Origin: Macrostomum hystrix
Lineage: Eukaryota; Animalia; Platyhelminthes
Direction of reading: 5' to 3'
Assembly: GCA_950097015.1 (NCBI GenBank)
Contig: CATNEN010000025.1
Coordinates: 8,866,001 to 8,930,000, forward strand
Length of the DNA stretch: 64,000 nt
Every line of letters begins with the position of its first letter. Within the stretch, counting starts at the first letter, position 1. The notes below the pieces were generated by a model that saw only the letters and a program-made list of their open reading frames with translations, made no database searches and was not told where the DNA came from. This document shows, in pieces, positions 33,155-46,800 of this stretch. A program made the translations under genes and the position numbers.

Positions 33155-33825
33155 CATCACTTAAAAGACAGTCTACGTCTACGCTCAACGACTCAAATCC
33201 AGCGTCAGCTACTGGCTCCTCGGTCACGGCGTGTGCCACTCGAGATGAATAGAAAGTGTCCGATTCATCGACGAGCTTGTCCCACAGCTTTACAGCGACA
33301 ATGTTTGTTAGTAGTAACCCATCTGTTGCCCTTCCTGTCGCCAAGGCTATTTCGCTCAGTACTGACGGTCAACGAGAACTTCTATAGTCCGAGTCTTGTT
33401 GGACACGGCTAGCAATAGGTCATACATCAGGAAGGATGTGTGTGAACTCTGAAACATCGAGTCCGCCACAACTGAATCATTGACGGTGTCGACCTTTACA
33501 GGTATCAATACCACAATTGCATCAGGTAGCGTCTCAGTCTCAATTCGAAAAATCGATTCACACTAAGTTCTGAAATTGCGTGCTAATTTTGTCAAAGAGA
33601 TCTGCGAGCCTCAGCGCTCAGTCTTAGTGAACGAATTCCCTCACCTGAACGGCTTGGACTTAGCGGATCCGTACGACCCTCGTGATGCAAGCACCGATCT
33701 CAATCCTAATTGGCGCTGATCACTACTACGATATTGTCGGTGGTAAAGTCGTTCGTGGGTGTGAGGGACCGGCGGCTGCGTCGTCCAATCTGGGATTCGT
33801 TCTCTGTGGACCAGTGAAACTTAAA
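33155..33825 (+). mobile_element. BEL/Pao protease remnant (unit B; unit C copy ~58481-59151)
   Basis: Homologous to 5400-6065; ILIGADHYYDIVGG in ORF 33682. Confidence 0.85.
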
Positions 33826-35869
33826 GAGAAAATGTCTAGTCGCTCTAGTAGATTAAAAATTCATTCGCTTATCCACTCTCTTATCCGAGTTCAACTGGTA
33901 TTCGTATTAATTCATTTCGCCTTTGTTGTTGGTATATTTTTCACATAATCTCCATTACTACAAGTAATCTCTGCATTAATTGCATTCTCGGCATTAATCT
34001 CTGCATTAATTGCATTCTCTGCATTAATCTCTGCATTAATCTCTGCATTAATCTCTGCATTAATTGCATTCTCTGCATTAATCTCTGCATTAATTGCATT
34101 AATCTCTGCATTAAGAAAGAAAAATCTAAAGCCTGAGGACAGGTCGCTGACTAGCTATTGTAATTTGTAACAGAGTATGATGAGCTGACATTAATAATTG
34201 TATTCAGAAATGGACTACAAGTCAAAAAACTAAAAAATACCCAGCGGGAAAGCCTACCTCGAATCTAGCTGAATGTAACTCTAGTTTTTAGGATAGGCTT
34301 GAATTTTCTTTTTAGTGCATCAAAATCATGCACCAAAAAATCGTTCAGTTTCAAAAAAATCGGCCAAACAAAATTTTAACTTAAAATAGCAAGAATAAGT
34401 CTAGTTATATTCTAGCTATATAGTGTCTGTCGTTTTTCGAGAAAACTATTTTTTGTTTTAAAATATTTTCATAGCACAGAATAACAAAACTTTACAATAA
34501 TATTTTTGTTCTTACGCGAAACAAAGTGTGGGTTGTAAAATAGCAATCTCTTAATTAAGTATGATAATAAAAAAGAAAAAATTGAAACGTCTTACCATTG
34601 GTACAGTCCATTTTTTAACTTTTCTTGTGTTCTCGCGCGCCGACTAACTAGCAAGCCTACATTTTATACTATAGATTTGACTGGTTCCTAAGTCTCGCTT
34701 TTTTGTGGAAATTACCAAGGTACGGAAATGTTAAAACCTCTATCAGAACGTTTACAACTCTTATGTGTTTCTTTCTCATTTTGAACTTTTTATTATTACT
34801 TATTTCGATACAGCAATATGTACAATATAATGTTGTAGGTAATGCTAATGTAGCTATTTAGCTGGTCAATCAAAGCACTTTGCTGAGTTTTTTAATCAGA
34901 ATATACATTTCAACTAGCTAAGCTAATATACAAATCAACGAAAATATACAAATCAGTTCCTTTAAAAGTATTTCGAGTTAGTGACGTGACATTTTTAAAA
35001 GAAATGTTTATTTAAATTGAACTATTTTAAGAAGATAGATTATAAATTGTATTAGGAATTTAAGGGATTTAGTTTCATTAATTTTAACTCTTCAAAAAAT
35101 ACACACAGTAGAAACTCGAATTATTTTATGCATTGATCCCAGGAAGGAAGTATTAGAGCAAACAAAAAGCAGTTGCTAATATAGCTATCCAACCCTTTTC
35201 CTGAATTCAAAAGGAAATCAATAAAATTATTTGAAATCTTTGAAAGTGAAATATCCAAACTTATTTTGTCAGAAGAGATAACCAGAAAAACAATTCTCTT
35301 TTAGCTTAGCATCATTTTATATAATTAATATCTTTAATAACGCTTTTATATTCACTTTTTTATGGAAATCAAATATAATTATTCATGTACAACTTAGTAG
35401 TCTAGCCTTTTCACTAGAATTCATGATGCAATAATTATTGGAATCGGCATTCAGCCAGCCAAGAATTTAACCTTTTTTGGCCTCTCATTAAATGCATTAG
35501 GCAAACTCGTTTTTCGAATATTTAATACCTTTAGAATAAAGGCACATTGTCGAAAATGTCAAGGTGTCTTGCGAGTAACATTTGGACTGTTTAGAAAAAA
35601 ACACGACCAATTTTGGTTGAGGCATGCAGCCTGTAGAGCGACGTTCGACAGACAGACAGACAGACTTTAGAGATTTAGTATAGGTGGATGGATGGACTAG
35701 CAATTTTAGCCCCCTCTGGGCAGCGGAAACCGGATTTTGGGATCTATAAATTCCCCTCCTTTTTCAAGGTAGGCCTAAAGTACGCTAATAAACACATCAA
35801 AATATTTTTATGGTTTCATTTAGTGACACTAGATCGCAGCCAGCGAACCCGCTCGGACTCCATCATTTT

Positions 35870-36300
35870 TAAGTTATTAGCAGACCCAACTCTTATCTCT
35901 TATTCTAATTTTAAGCAATATTATTCAGACGATAAATATGTAAAAGTAATGTTACCCGGAGTTGAGACGTACTCTATACTCGTTTAGACTAGGAAACCAT
36001 AAGCTAGCTTGAGAAACATTGCGAGCTGCCAGACAGAAAGTTCCCTATGAGAATAGATTATTTAGTAAGTGCAAACTTAAAGTGGAAAACGAGGTCCAGT
36101 TCTTATTCAAGTGCAGTTGGAATAGTTATAGCTCATCACGTTCGAATTTCGATAAGGAAATTTCAGGGCGTGAAACTCCTAATTTCACGTCCCTAACAGC
36201 AGAAGAAAAATCTATCCACATATTGGCGGCACAAGACGACAGGGAAACCTCTGAAGCACTGGCAAACTACATCGTCAAGAAACATGTAAAATAAGATAAG
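35870..36300 (+). mobile_element. LINE 3' remnant (L2/Crack-like C-terminal Cys/His region; also ~61196-61626; absent from unit A)
   Basis: LISYSNFKQYYSDDKYVKVML, then RQKVPYENRLFSKCKLKVENEVQFLFKC, resembling the GR...RLC..C...EDE.HFLF.C tail of these LINEs. Confidence 0.65.
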
Positions 36301-36707
36301 CTGCCCTGAAGCAGCTAACATTTAAATGGCAATCAGGACGATTTATGAATAGTTCTTCTTGTTCTTCGCTGAAATGGGGGCGAACCTTGCTTAAGGGGAC
36401 ATTGGTTCTATTCTTAAGAGGGGCATTGTTGGTTCTCTGCAATTGGGGGCATTGGTTTTCTGCTAAAGATGAATTATTTCTTACTAGTATCACTTACATT
36501 TACTAATTAGAGATTTGGTAAAGGTGGATGGATGGATAGGTGGGTTTTTTTATTACTACTACTACTGTTGCGTAGTAGTATCGAAGTAATATCGAAGTAG
36601 GCTTACTAGGAGAGCAATACAAGATGTACTTTTATGAGGCACAAACTTTTGCATCCTAACATCATAAATCTAATTTTTGAATTCTGTTTCAGAACTGAAA
36701 GCTTAAC

Positions 36708-39700
36708 ATGACTACAAAGCTGAGCTCATTAATCGTTATTTCTCTGCTGCTGATCCGTAAGTGAAGTGGCTTGTTCGTTGAGGTTACATAATGATATTGA
36801 TTATTAATTATATTCGCTGATTACACTTGCCCGTTGGAGCTACATGTGCAACACAGCACAGCCGTAGCTATTGCGCGGCTCATCTGAAGGCAGCATGCAG
36901 CTGTTCAGTCCATGGACCGGGGCCACACCTACCCTCAATTACCAGCTAGTACCCGTTTAACAGCTGGGTGAACTGAAGCAATGCTGAGTGAGTTGTCCTG
37001 CTAGTGGACACGAATTGTTCCAGCGAAGGCGGAATCGAACCCCCGACCTTCAAGTCGATTAGTTTGAGAAAACCACTAGGCTAAAAACCCTGATTTCATA
37101 TAATTTAATTTAAAATCTGTACTATTAATTCTTTATTAATCATTGTCAGATACTTCCAGGTCTGATGATTGGCACTGTCTACAAAATGCACGCCACGAAG
37201 ACCCCGTCGAAATTGGAAATGAAAACGCGATTAGGGTGAGTAGTATGTTGCAAACGGCCTTTATCGACCAGAAGATAAGAAATCCTTAGATTAAAGGATT
37301 CTTATGTACTGAGTACGTAAGCGATGCCTTAAGAATAGCCAAGTAGGCGAGTTTTATTAGCACCCAGTTGTGTCAGATTTGCAGCCAATGACAATAGACA
37401 GCGCTTCCAAAGGCTGTGTGCCTGTACGTGGACTGAAGAGGCCGCGACTCCCCACAAAAATTTTTACCTAAGCTAATATGCTGGCACTAGTTATATAGAT
37501 GGCTGAATGTGAAGAAAATGCTTTTTAAACGACTTGCTCAACCTCCAAGACACATTTAGCTTCTATTCGTGCGGTTCTATTCAGTCAGCTGCAAGGAGCC
37601 AGGATAAAATAAAGCTGCGTCTGCTGTTTCAGGTGATGACGTATGTCCGAGGTGATCCGGGCTATAGCAAGAACCTGGAGTGCACGTGGACTCTGAAGGC
37701 GATCAACTATGACCAGCCCAGACAGATGTACATTGACGTGCCCGTGGTGGACTTTGACAAGAATACTGACCCGTTTTGCAACAAAACCGACGTGTTCAGC
37801 TTCTGGCATAAGTACAACGAGAGTGAGTGGCTTGGCTTAAGATAAAAGTTTCCTCTAAGTTTTCTCTCAATCCTCGACAATTCAACACTCCTATCAAGGA
37901 GAAATCATTTATAGTAATTCAACTAAAACTCCGAGGTACTGAGTAATTTCGTCGGCTTTCGCCTAAAATTAAAATTTTAACGTAAAAGTACAAGCAGGCA
38001 ATGTGTGACTTTTTATTAAGGAAAATGTGGTGCTTTCGTTTTGGCTTTACGAGTGTAATTTTATTACTCTATAAATATTGCGAACATCTCTGTTTAATTT
38101 TTATTGAGAGATTAATTATTATTTACAACAGCTGCTATCAGCCGACTGCACACATTTCAGCTGCTTGGCGGCGGGAGTCCTGGTGCAGTGAATCGTCCGT
38201 GTCACGCAGTTTCCGATTCTTGCCGTTCAGGCAGCAAATAATCAACTTGTGGGACTCGTGAGTAGCACTGCAGCTTTTTACTGAGCTCTCTTATGAGAAT
38301 GCGAGTTGAGACCCTGCTGCCTCACTTACCACTTCACTCTGCAGGTCGTACTACCTGACTGCGCAATTCCGGTCTGACAATGAGCAAGTCCGTTCCGATG
38401 CCAAGGGATTGCAGTTGGATGCGTGGGCGCTGGACCCAAAATTTTGCCACTTGAAAATGATGGATCTCGATAACTACTGCTACCTGGTCACTCCTGAGAA
38501 TGTGTCGCTAGCTCAATCCAATCAGGTTGGAAAACTCTACCTCGGCAACATTTTCACTGTCCGAAACGCCTCTTCTGGCCGGGATATCTTAGACTTTCTG
38601 CGCAGATTCTCTGAGAGAAGTACGCATTTCTTTTTCGAATTTCTGATGAGGATATTTTTGCTCAATTGTGCTCAATCTTGTCACCTCTTTGCGCTTCCCT
38701 CAGACAAAGCCAGGAAAGACGAGTATCCTTACGAGTCGCCACTGGCCCTGACTAATCTCAGACTGTGGACCGGCTACTTTGTGAACGAATCCTCCTTCAG
38801 CGAGGAGGACCCGGTCATGTTTTACTCAGATCCGATAGACGACTGCATTGTCAAGCAAGTGAAAGTGTGAGTGCTGCTTCTCTATCCCGAGTCTAGTCTA
38901 AAGGATATTGTAAATATCATATGGTTTAGAATGTCAATTATTCGATTTCAGGACTCGTGAGATTTTGACCGGCTGTAATAAAAACCCAGCGCCTGTAGCC
39001 CTTAATTGGCTTAGCAACGGCAGCGTGCATTTTTGCTGTGTGCCAGGCAACGATTCGATGCCAGCTCTGATCCAGTTCAGCCAGATTCCTAAAACCAAGG
39101 GCGACCTGCACCCGCAGCTGTTCCGCACCTGCGACATCGCGCCTCCAACAACGACAACTACAGCGCCGCCAACAACGACTACGACTCCGGAACCAACGAC
39201 AACTACAGCGCCGCCAACAACGACTACGACTCCGGAACCAACGACAACTACAGCGCCGCCAACAGCGACCACGACTCCGGAACCAACGACAACTACAGCG
39301 CCGCCAACAACGACTACGACTCCGGAACCAACGACAACTACAGCGCCGCCAACAACGACTACGACTCCGGAACCAACGACAACTACAGCGCCGCCAACAA
39401 CGACTACGACTCCGGAACCAACGACAACTACAGCGCCGCCAACAACGACTACGACTCCGGAACCAACGACAACTACAGCGCCGCCAACAACGACTACGAC
39501 TCCGGAACCAACGACAACTACAGCGCCGCCAACAACGACTACGACTCCGGAACCAACGACAACTACAGCGCCGCCAACAACGACTACGACTCCGGAACCA
39601 ACGACAACTACAGCGCCGCCAACAACGACTACGACTCCGGAACCAACGACAACTACAGCGCCGCCAACAACGACTACGACTCCGGAACCAACGACAACTA

Positions 39701-40830
39701 CAGCGCCGCCAACAACGACTACGACTCCGGAACCAACGACAACTACAGCGCCGCCAACAACGACTACGACTCCGGAACCAACGACAACTACAGCGCCGCC
39801 AACAACGACTACGACTCCGGAACCAACGACAACTACAGCGCCGCCAACAACGACTACGACTCCGGAACCAACGAAAACTACAGCGCCGCAAACAACGACT
39901 ACGACTCCGGAACCAACGACAACTACAGCGCCGCCAACAACGACTACGACTCCGGAACCAACGACAACTACAGCGCCGCCAACAACGACTACGACTCCGG
40001 AACCAACGACAACTACAGCGCCGCCAACAGCGACCACGACTCCGGAACCAACGACAACTACAGCGCCGCCAACAACGACTACGACTCCGGAACCAACGAC
40101 AACTACAGCGCCGCCAACAACGACTACGACTCCGGAACCAACGACAACTACAGCGCCGCCAACAACGACTACGACTCCGGAACCAACGACAACTACAGCG
40201 CCGCCAACAACGACTACGACTCCGGAACCAACGACAACTACAGCGCCGCCAACAACGACTACGACTCCGGAACCAACGACAACTACAGCGCCGCCAACAA
40301 CGACTACGACTCCGGAACCAACGACAACTACAGCGCCGCCAACAACGACTACGACTCCGGAACCAACGACAACTACAGCGCCGCCAACAACGACTACGAC
40401 TCCGGAACCAACGACAACTACAGCGCCGCAAACAACGACTACGACTCCGGAACCAACGACAACTACAGCGCCGCCAACAACGACTACGACTCCGGAACCA
40501 ACGACAACTACAGCGCCGCCAACAACGACTACGACTCCGGAACCAACGACAACTACAGCGCCGCCAACAACGACTACGACTCCGGAACCAACGAAAACTA
40601 CAGCGCCGCAAACAACGACTACGACTCCGGAACCAACGACAACTACAGCGCCGCCAACAACGACTACGACTCCGGAACCAACGACAACTACAGCGCCGCC
40701 AACAACGACTACGACTCCGGAACCAACGACAACTACAGCGCCGCCACCAATCAGAGCAGTGCCGTCAGCGGCAATACTATCATTATTATTGATTTTGTTG
40801 TTGCCCTTGTTATCATCGTGGCTATTGTGA
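36708..40830 (+). CDS. Copy B of the CUB/CTL-like mucin-stalk protein, 7 exons, ~912 aa
   Basis: Exons 36708-36756, 37150-37235, 37633-37822, 38161-38257, 38345-38619, 38704-38866, 38952-40830; exons 1-6 have the same lengths and splice sites as copy A; YSKNLECTWTLKA is a typical CUB motif. Confidence 0.85.
39139..40746 (+). repeat. Coding VNTR: 35 x 45-bp mucin units
   Basis: 39163-40737 = 1575 bp = 35 units; the ORF is 15 aa shorter than in copy A (621 vs 636). Confidence 0.98.
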
Positions 40831-43800
40831 TCGGTGTCGTTGTCTACTTTAGTCGTCAAAGAGGACAGCAGCCGCCATCAACTAATGGGGACTAGCCGCC
40901 ACTGCGGGGTAATCAGAAGGAGAAAAAGGCCAGAAGCCGCTACTGGGGACGAACACTCGGGATTTCAAAAGCGATAGAAACGCTGTGGCTAAGAGTGTCG
41001 GCTTGACTGTGGACAATGTCGAAGGCACTTTCTGAAGTCTGTTTGGTGGGCGCTTTTACTCATAATTTTGCATTGGCTAACAGCGTTGCTTAATTTTGTT
41101 TTGTTTATAAAGACAGAAATGTTTTTACGATCGCTTTTTTCCGGTCTGCGAAGGAAGGAAAACCGGAATTGTCATTTTTCTGTTTTCATTTGAAATCTAA
41201 AATAATCTGTAATGCATGCTGAAGAAGCAGAAGTGCCCCATTGTCAGTCGACCTTTCGAACCCCCGCGCGTGCGCGTATCTAGCTTGTAATTGCGATCCC
41301 CGCGACCCAGTTCCTGTATTCCCATGTTTTACTTCTCTGTTTAGTAGTAATTGGTGATGGAGCTAATGATATATTGATAAGGTTCCGCAATTAAATTTAT
41401 ATTTCCCGAACATAGAATCCTTTTCCCCGGATTCCTATGATTCGAAATCCCCCATCCCCGGATCATTAATTGGTTAACTTGACTTGCTACATATCGAATT
41501 AAAGTAAGGATGCGAGAGGAAGCAGTCTATCTATTTGTGTGGTTATTATTATCATTAGTTAGAGGTTAGGATATAATTCTCCATCCTCAATACCGTTTTC
41601 TGATTGTTAGTTGTTAGATTGTTTCGTAATTGATTGTAGTAATTTGTCTGCAGCAATATATTTGAAGCAATACCTGTCTTTAATTTCACTATTCTAATTA
41701 TACGTTCCTTAAATATTTGCGCTTAAGTTATTATTGTAGTGTCTGTTATTAATGCTTCTGATGACAGCTGTTGTATCTTAAATAACTGACGCAACGGAGA
41801 TTCAGATTTGTTAGACTTAGAGTAATAAGGAAAACACGCCGATAGGCGGCACTCGGCAGGCAGACGAATAGGAGTGTGTATTTGATATATTATAGCAATA
41901 GCCGTACGATATACGCATGAGTGCAGAGGTCGGGGCTTTTATTTATAGGCCCAAAGGCGTGTGGAGAGAGCATTCTAGAAAGTTACTAAAAATAGACTAC
42001 ACGGGAAAGTTCTGGAACCAGTGATGGACTTAACGCCTTACGACAAAGAATAGAAATTTCTGGAAAGTTCCCGGGAATTACAGCAACAATAGTCTCAACA
42101 GCTGCAGCGACCCTTTTGACCCTTTCGGCCAATCGGCAATTTATTGGCCGATTTATAATATTTGTGAAGTTAAAATAGGAGGCCGCATCAAGAAAAAGAT
42201 GTAGCTAGTTTAACCTGTCCTCAGGTGACGGCAATTCTTTCGGACTGTTCTAGACCTAGTGCCACGGCCATAGTATTCGCTATACCATTATCTTAGTTCC
42301 TTTCGGCTTAGGCTCTATAGGTTCTTTAGGTTCTCAGTGCAGCTTTTTCGAAACAGTTGCAACTAGTTAGCTGATTTAAAAGTAATTAAGCTAGTCATTT
42401 TGATCAAATCAAAATGCAAAAGTACTGAGAACACGTCTAGTCCTTTATAAAGCTGAGCTGCGGAGCATGCTCCATTTTATCTAAGATTGCAATCTCTGCT
42501 TGAACAAACACATGGGCAACGTTGCGAACACGTTGTCGGGCCATTGTCATGTTCCTGTGCCGCATCGCCAAGATCACCAAACTGAGCAGCGTCACTCTCA
42601 GGATGCTGTACAGGGCCTACGGTGAGAGTGCTCTCACCTACGGCGCCCCAATCTTGACTCTGATCTGCGTCACCAACCAGATCAAGCTGCAAAAGATCTA
42701 AACCCTTGCTCTGCGCATCTGCTATGGTGTGCCTTCTTACCTGAGCACCGAATACCTTCACAAACTGGCCGACATGCCAATGCTCTCAGCCAGAGAAAGC
42801 AGCTCGGTGTGGCCTGCATGCATGCCTTTTTATTTCAATTTTTATTTCAATATTTCAATTTTTATTAGATCCCTTCTTTGTGCGGGATTTCCCCTGTATA
42901 TTTCTGCCTATTTTATCTCCCAATGCGTGCCTAAATATAGCCTTGCAAATATTGAATATTTTTTTGTTTCATTAAGGCTCAATATTCGCATAAAATAAGC
43001 CAAATCAAATCGAGTGTATATATATTATGAATTTCGATTAAATCCAATAATAGTCTGCGGCAGAGTTTTTCGAAACTGATCAGCAGCCCCAGTCAAATAG
43101 GGAATTCGTTTTAACAACAACCTATTATACCCTTGCCTCAACCATAAACCCTAACCCTAAACCTAACCTTAATGTTGTGACTGATTGTGTGAGTACACTT
43201 GCCCTGTGAGTAAACCTAGCGTGAGTCACTTTATACACAAAATACAAGATACTAAGGGTGCGTTCGAGTAGCTTAAAATAGCTTAAAATGATTTAAACTG
43301 CCTTAAAACGGTATTTTAGCGACAGCAGTAAAACAAAGTAATTTTTCAGAAAATTCAATAAAAAAGTCGCTGCACTTCAGTCAATCATGATTACAGCATC
43401 CTGGAATGCCTTTGTTTAATATTTTTATATTGAATTGTCAGTCTAAGCTTGTTTTCAATAATTTAGAATACTTAGTTATAAGAACAAATACGTTTTGAAA
43501 AAATTGTAAAAGTATCCTGAGGGAAAAACATTAGGTAAATAAAATTCTTTTAACGTTAGAAATCCTTTTTTCTGTATGAAATCCCATTCTAAGTTTGTTT
43601 TCTTACAATAGAATTTTTTGCTCATGGGACGCGCGCGCTAGTTTAACTGAAATTACTGTAGACGTTTATTTAATTATATATCGTGTATCTGCATATCTGT
43701 ATATTAGGAACCATTTCTTGCTCAACCAATTTAGCTTGTCTTTGAAATTTTGTTACATTTTACCTAGTTTGTTCCGATTGTTTTAAGTGACTCCTTTCTA

Positions 43801-46800
43801 TTTGTTTCAGTGTATTCGAAGTATTTTTGTTTCATACTGTTAATTTTAACTATCTGATATTGCCAATATCTTTTTTGTATACTTCTACATTAAATTGTAA
43901 CATTTGTAAAAATTGTAGGAGTTGGAAAAATTATTGCGGATAAATATATATACAAATTGTATATTTTGAGTTAAGTTAATAAAGAGACGTGAATTGCTAA
44001 CCGCTTTGCTTTAAATTTCTGCCCCAAAAACAACGGGCAAAAAAGCTAGTAATTAAATAAACGGCATACAGTAATTTCAGTTAAACTAGCGCGCGCGTCC
44101 CATGAGCAAAAAATTCTATTGTAAGAAAACAAACTTAGAATGGGATTTCATACAGAAAAAAGGATTTCTAACGTTAAAAGATTTTTATTTACCTAATGTT
44201 TTTCCCTCAGGATACTTTTACAATTTTTTCTAAACGTATTTGTTCTTATAACTAAGTATTCTAAATTATTGAAAACAAGCTTAGACTGACAATTCAATAT
44301 AAAAATATTAAACAAAGGCATTCCAGGATGCTGTAATCATGATTGACTGAAGTGCAGCGACTTTTTTATTGAATTTTCTGAAAAATTACTTTGTTTTACT
44401 GCTGTCGCTAAAATACCGTTTTAAGGCAGTTTAAATCATTTTAAGCTATTTTAAGCTACTCGAACGCACCCTAAATTGTGTATTTAGTATCTCCGTAATT
44501 AACCCGTCCAGTTTAACTAATCTTTAGCGGTATTCTTTAATTATTTGCGCGAATTCACTGAACAAGTTTCCAAGAAATTCGACTACTGCTTAATTCGACT
44601 TCTTTTTCTATTCCGGTATCACGCCGTATGCTACTATGGACTATGCTACTGTAAATATTTACTGCTTTGCCTTTATCACTTATTAGACTGACGTAATATT
44701 TTATTCCTATGTTACAGTTCTTTTCATTATGACGTATTTAAATGATGTGCTCTGTGGCTGCTATCTGCAATTAATAATTAATAATTGATTACACCTGCCC
44801 CAATTGGGTCAGATGTGCAGCCGACAGCACAGCCGCAGCTAATGCGCGGCGCATCTGAAGGCTGCGTACAGCTGTTCAGTCCATGGACTGGGGGGACGCC
44901 ACACCCACCTTCAATTATCCCAGCTGATGCTGGTACCCATTTAACAGCTGGGTGAACTGAAGCAATGCAGAGTTAAGTGTCTTGCTAAAGGACACAAATT
45001 GTTTCAGGGGAGTCGGGAATCGAACCCCCGACCTTCAAGTCGTGAGTCCGACGCCCTAACCACTAGGCTACAACCTCTGTTCAATCTGCAATTAAAATAG
45101 GCCTACTTTGTCTATAGTCGGCTAGCTAGCTAACGATTAAATGCTGAACAGCGAATTATATAACTATTTGACAAGCTCCTATGATTTGGCATTGCAAGCA
45201 TATATGGAGCTATGCAGTAAATAAAAAACAGGCTAGACCTATTTCAGTTCTTATTGATTGAACAAAACTTAAGAGTGATTTAGCAAGTTTAGCTTAATGA
45301 TTGCATCTGAAATAAAAAGCAGTTAGCTAGGCCAATAAACCATAATGCCGCAACCACAAGCATATTCACTGGCCACTATAGATGGTATTTTTGTGTCATT
45401 GGGCTCTTTCTATATTATTATGTCATACTCAGTTTTAACTTCATAAATTAAATTAGGCTATCATATTTATTACTTTTGTCCACAGATTTAGTACTGCTTC
45501 ATAGACTAGCTAGGCCTATATTAATTATTGGCAATAGTGCACTTTTGTTAGCAAAATTATATTTTTTTAAATTGAAATTTTAAAACCAGAAAACAATAAC
45601 AACATAAATTGTGTCTTAAACAATTATAACAATTGTGGCAGAGCACAGTCTCTCTTTTTAGCTCCCTGGTTGCCGAACTTGCCAACTCGTCATTGTGTTC
45701 TAGTGGCAGATACAGAGCTTGTCACTGGGCACTGTAGTAGTGGCAAATCCAGAAAAGCATGTTTCCTAAAGCCCTGTTTGCTCTGAACAGTCGGCGCCAC
45801 ATAAACTTGTGGATGTGGCCCTCAAAGAGGGCATCAGCTTGTTCCATGCATGGCCCTGAATTTGGCCTTGCAATGCGGCCTTAATTTGGCCTTACATTCC
45901 CTCGATTGTGTTGGTGAGTGTTGCTTAAACTTATGAGTTTATGTGGCACAAACAGCGACTAGTGTTACATTCCGTGGCTTGGTGACAAGTTCTGTGACCA
46001 GTGAGCTCTGGCACAGTTGCTAGAATCGTTTAAAACATCAATTTTTATCATTGTTATTGTTTTCTGGTTTTAAACTTTCAAATTTAAACGAAATATAATT
46101 TTGCAAACAAAAGTGCACTATTGCCTAATTATTTCTCTTTGTGCTATCAGTGCTAGGCACTTCCGGTACTTTGTTACTTAGGAATTTACATTTTTCTTAA
46201 AGTGTTACTTTTTTAGTTACTTTTTTCAACTGCTTTGAACAGTACTGGGTAATGGAGTAGCCACTGGGTCACTATTGGGTAATGGAGTAGCAATAACAGA
46301 GGCTTTTCTCTGTAGTCTGGTCCTCGGGTCCTCTTTTAATAGCCAAAAGCCATTAGAAACTGCTACAACACTGCTCTCCTAGCTAGTGCTGCAGTTGAGT
46401 GTGCATTCTCTGTAGCCAAGGATGTCCTATGTGGTAAACATGTGTCCTGAGCAATAGCATGCTCACAATGCTCACAAGGAATTCATTTATGCAGAATTCA
46501 TTTATGCAGAATTCATTTATGCAAAATTCATTTATGCAGAATTTATGCAGATATAATTAAAAAATATTTTTTTAAATAAAGTATTTTTACAGCAAATAAA
46601 AAAATTGTTAGAAATTTACAATTAATTTTACTTTTTACTTCTTAAACACAATTTAACTTCCCTATTTACAATCCCAGCTTCATTCCATTCCAGTCTAACT
46701 CTTGCCCATTGTCAGTTGCCCATTGTTGTTCATTGTCATGTCACGACTCATGTCAATTCTCTTCCTCTACATCACTCTTCAACTCTTTTCAGTTGTCCAT